Shown in pieces: positions 63,146 to 64,000 of a stretch of DNA of 64,000 nt. The DNA is taken from contig JAMDHS010000012.1 in assembly GCA_029717555.1 (NCBI GenBank), positions 1 to 64,000 of the forward strand, in the 5' to 3' direction. Each line of letters starts with the position of its first letter. Position 1 is the stretch's first letter. Source of the DNA: Peribolospora baueri. Taxonomy: Eukaryota. Under the pieces are notes generated by a model that made no database searches, was not told where the DNA came from, and saw only the letters and a list, made by a program, of their open reading frames with translations. Position numbers and translations under genes: made by a program.

Positions 63146-64000
63146 TCAACACAAGATGGCGTCCAGGCCAGTCTTGGCGACGCTGTCGCCGGGGAGACAC
63201 TTGCTCGAGCTCCTCGGCCTGCCGGTGCCCAGGCTGGACCTCCGGCCGCCCGTGCTGCCGGCGGGCGTAGCGGCGACTCCGGCGGGCGAGACCGAGCAGC
63301 CCGAGCCGCTGCTCGAAGGCAAGGAGCCCCGACGACCGGCAATGGTCACCGCGGCGGCAGCGGCGGCCGCTGTGGCCGCTTCAAAGGTGAGGTCTTGCAG
63401 GCTCGTCCTGCGGCCACTGCTACGAGGGCGTCGGGAGAAGGAAGAGGAAAAGTAGTCGCTCGTGCCGGCGACGCCGCTGACCCAGGTGGCCTTCGTCGGG
63501 AGAGCCGAGCTGGACTGATATCGACCGGGCATGCTAGGTCGGGAGCGTATGGCGGGAGGAGAGGGATTGGAGGGTGTGATCGCGGGCGAAGGGGCCGAGT
63601 GCGAACTCACGGGCCTCGGCAGGGAGGAGGGCGTGAACGGAGGTGAGCAGTCACCGGACCCTCCGCCGGCCCGCCGACGACCCGCGGAGGGCGGCGGCGA
63701 GCTGGTCGCGTCGGAGCCGGAACCCGAGCCAGAGTTGCCGTACTCATCACCGTCTTCCCTCTTGACCCGATCCGCATTCGAGGCATCGACACGACGAGGC
63801 AACCTACGAGGGTCGCCGCCGGTCACTTGACGAAGGGAGGCGTCCCCGTCGCGGTCGAAGGTGCGATCGACGTCCATCTTCTCTTCGTCGTCTTTGCCGC
63901 CGCCGCCGGCCTTGGGGTCCTTGCCTCTCTCCCGCTCGCCTCCCCCACCACCATCGCCCTCCTCCTCCTCTCGTTTCCGCTTCTCGCCCCTGGGAGGCGG
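63146..64000 (-). CDS. 3' end of a gene entering from beyond the window; disordered Ser/Arg-rich C-terminus ending KTGLDAILC
   Basis: GC-rich open frame of more than 240 codons to the stop at 63146, with repeated RRxS motifs (RRTSL, RRGSL, RRSSL). No domain is visible. Confidence 0.55.
   Translation of the reverse strand, partial: PPPRGEKRKREEEEGDGGGGGERERGKDPKAGGGGKDDEEKMDVDRTFDRDGDASLRQVTGGDPRRLPRRVDASNADRVKREDGDEYGNSGSGSGSDATSSPPPSAGRRRAGGGSGDCSPPFTPSSLPRPVSSHSAPSPAITPSNPSPPAIRSRPSMPGRYQSSSALPTKATWVSGVAGTSDYFSSSFSRRPRSSGRRTSLQDLTFEAATAAAAAAAVTIAGRRGSLPSSSGSGCSVSPAGVAATPAGSTGGRRSSLGTGRPRSSSKCLPGDSVAKTGLDAILC

Overview
Eukaryotic fungal genomic DNA with GT-AG introns. The G-alpha protein is close to Ustilago maydis Gpa1 as I recall it, which suggests a basidiomycete, probably Ustilaginomycotina. 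About 17 recognisable genes, most of them spliced: acylphosphatase, Rax2 with an SH3 domain, complex I 17.8-kDa subunit, mitoribosomal Rsm24/mS35, Gpa1, Cwc24, a GAF hybrid histidine kinase, a RecQ helicase, Mrc1, a multi-BRCT Brc1/Rtt107-like protein, Dph2, NudE, SF3B1/Hsh155, an MBL-fold hydrolase, a phosducin-like protein and an ArfGAP, plus several orphan or partial ORFs. The most unusual locus is at 12.6-15.6 kb. An intronless 349-aa orphan gene lies about 2 kb upstream of a ~175-bp-arm inverted repeat made from that gene's own 5' end. The repeat is fused behind a truncated Nudix CoA-pyrophosphatase gene fragment, making it a candidate hairpin-RNA/siRNA silencer paired with its target. 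Also notable: a ~220-bp AT-rich insert that resembles a mitochondrial GIY-YIG homing-endonuclease fragment (28.9-29.1 kb), and a contiguous RecQ-Mrc1-Brc1 trio of replication-stress genes. All exon boundaries were read by eye and no searches were run.
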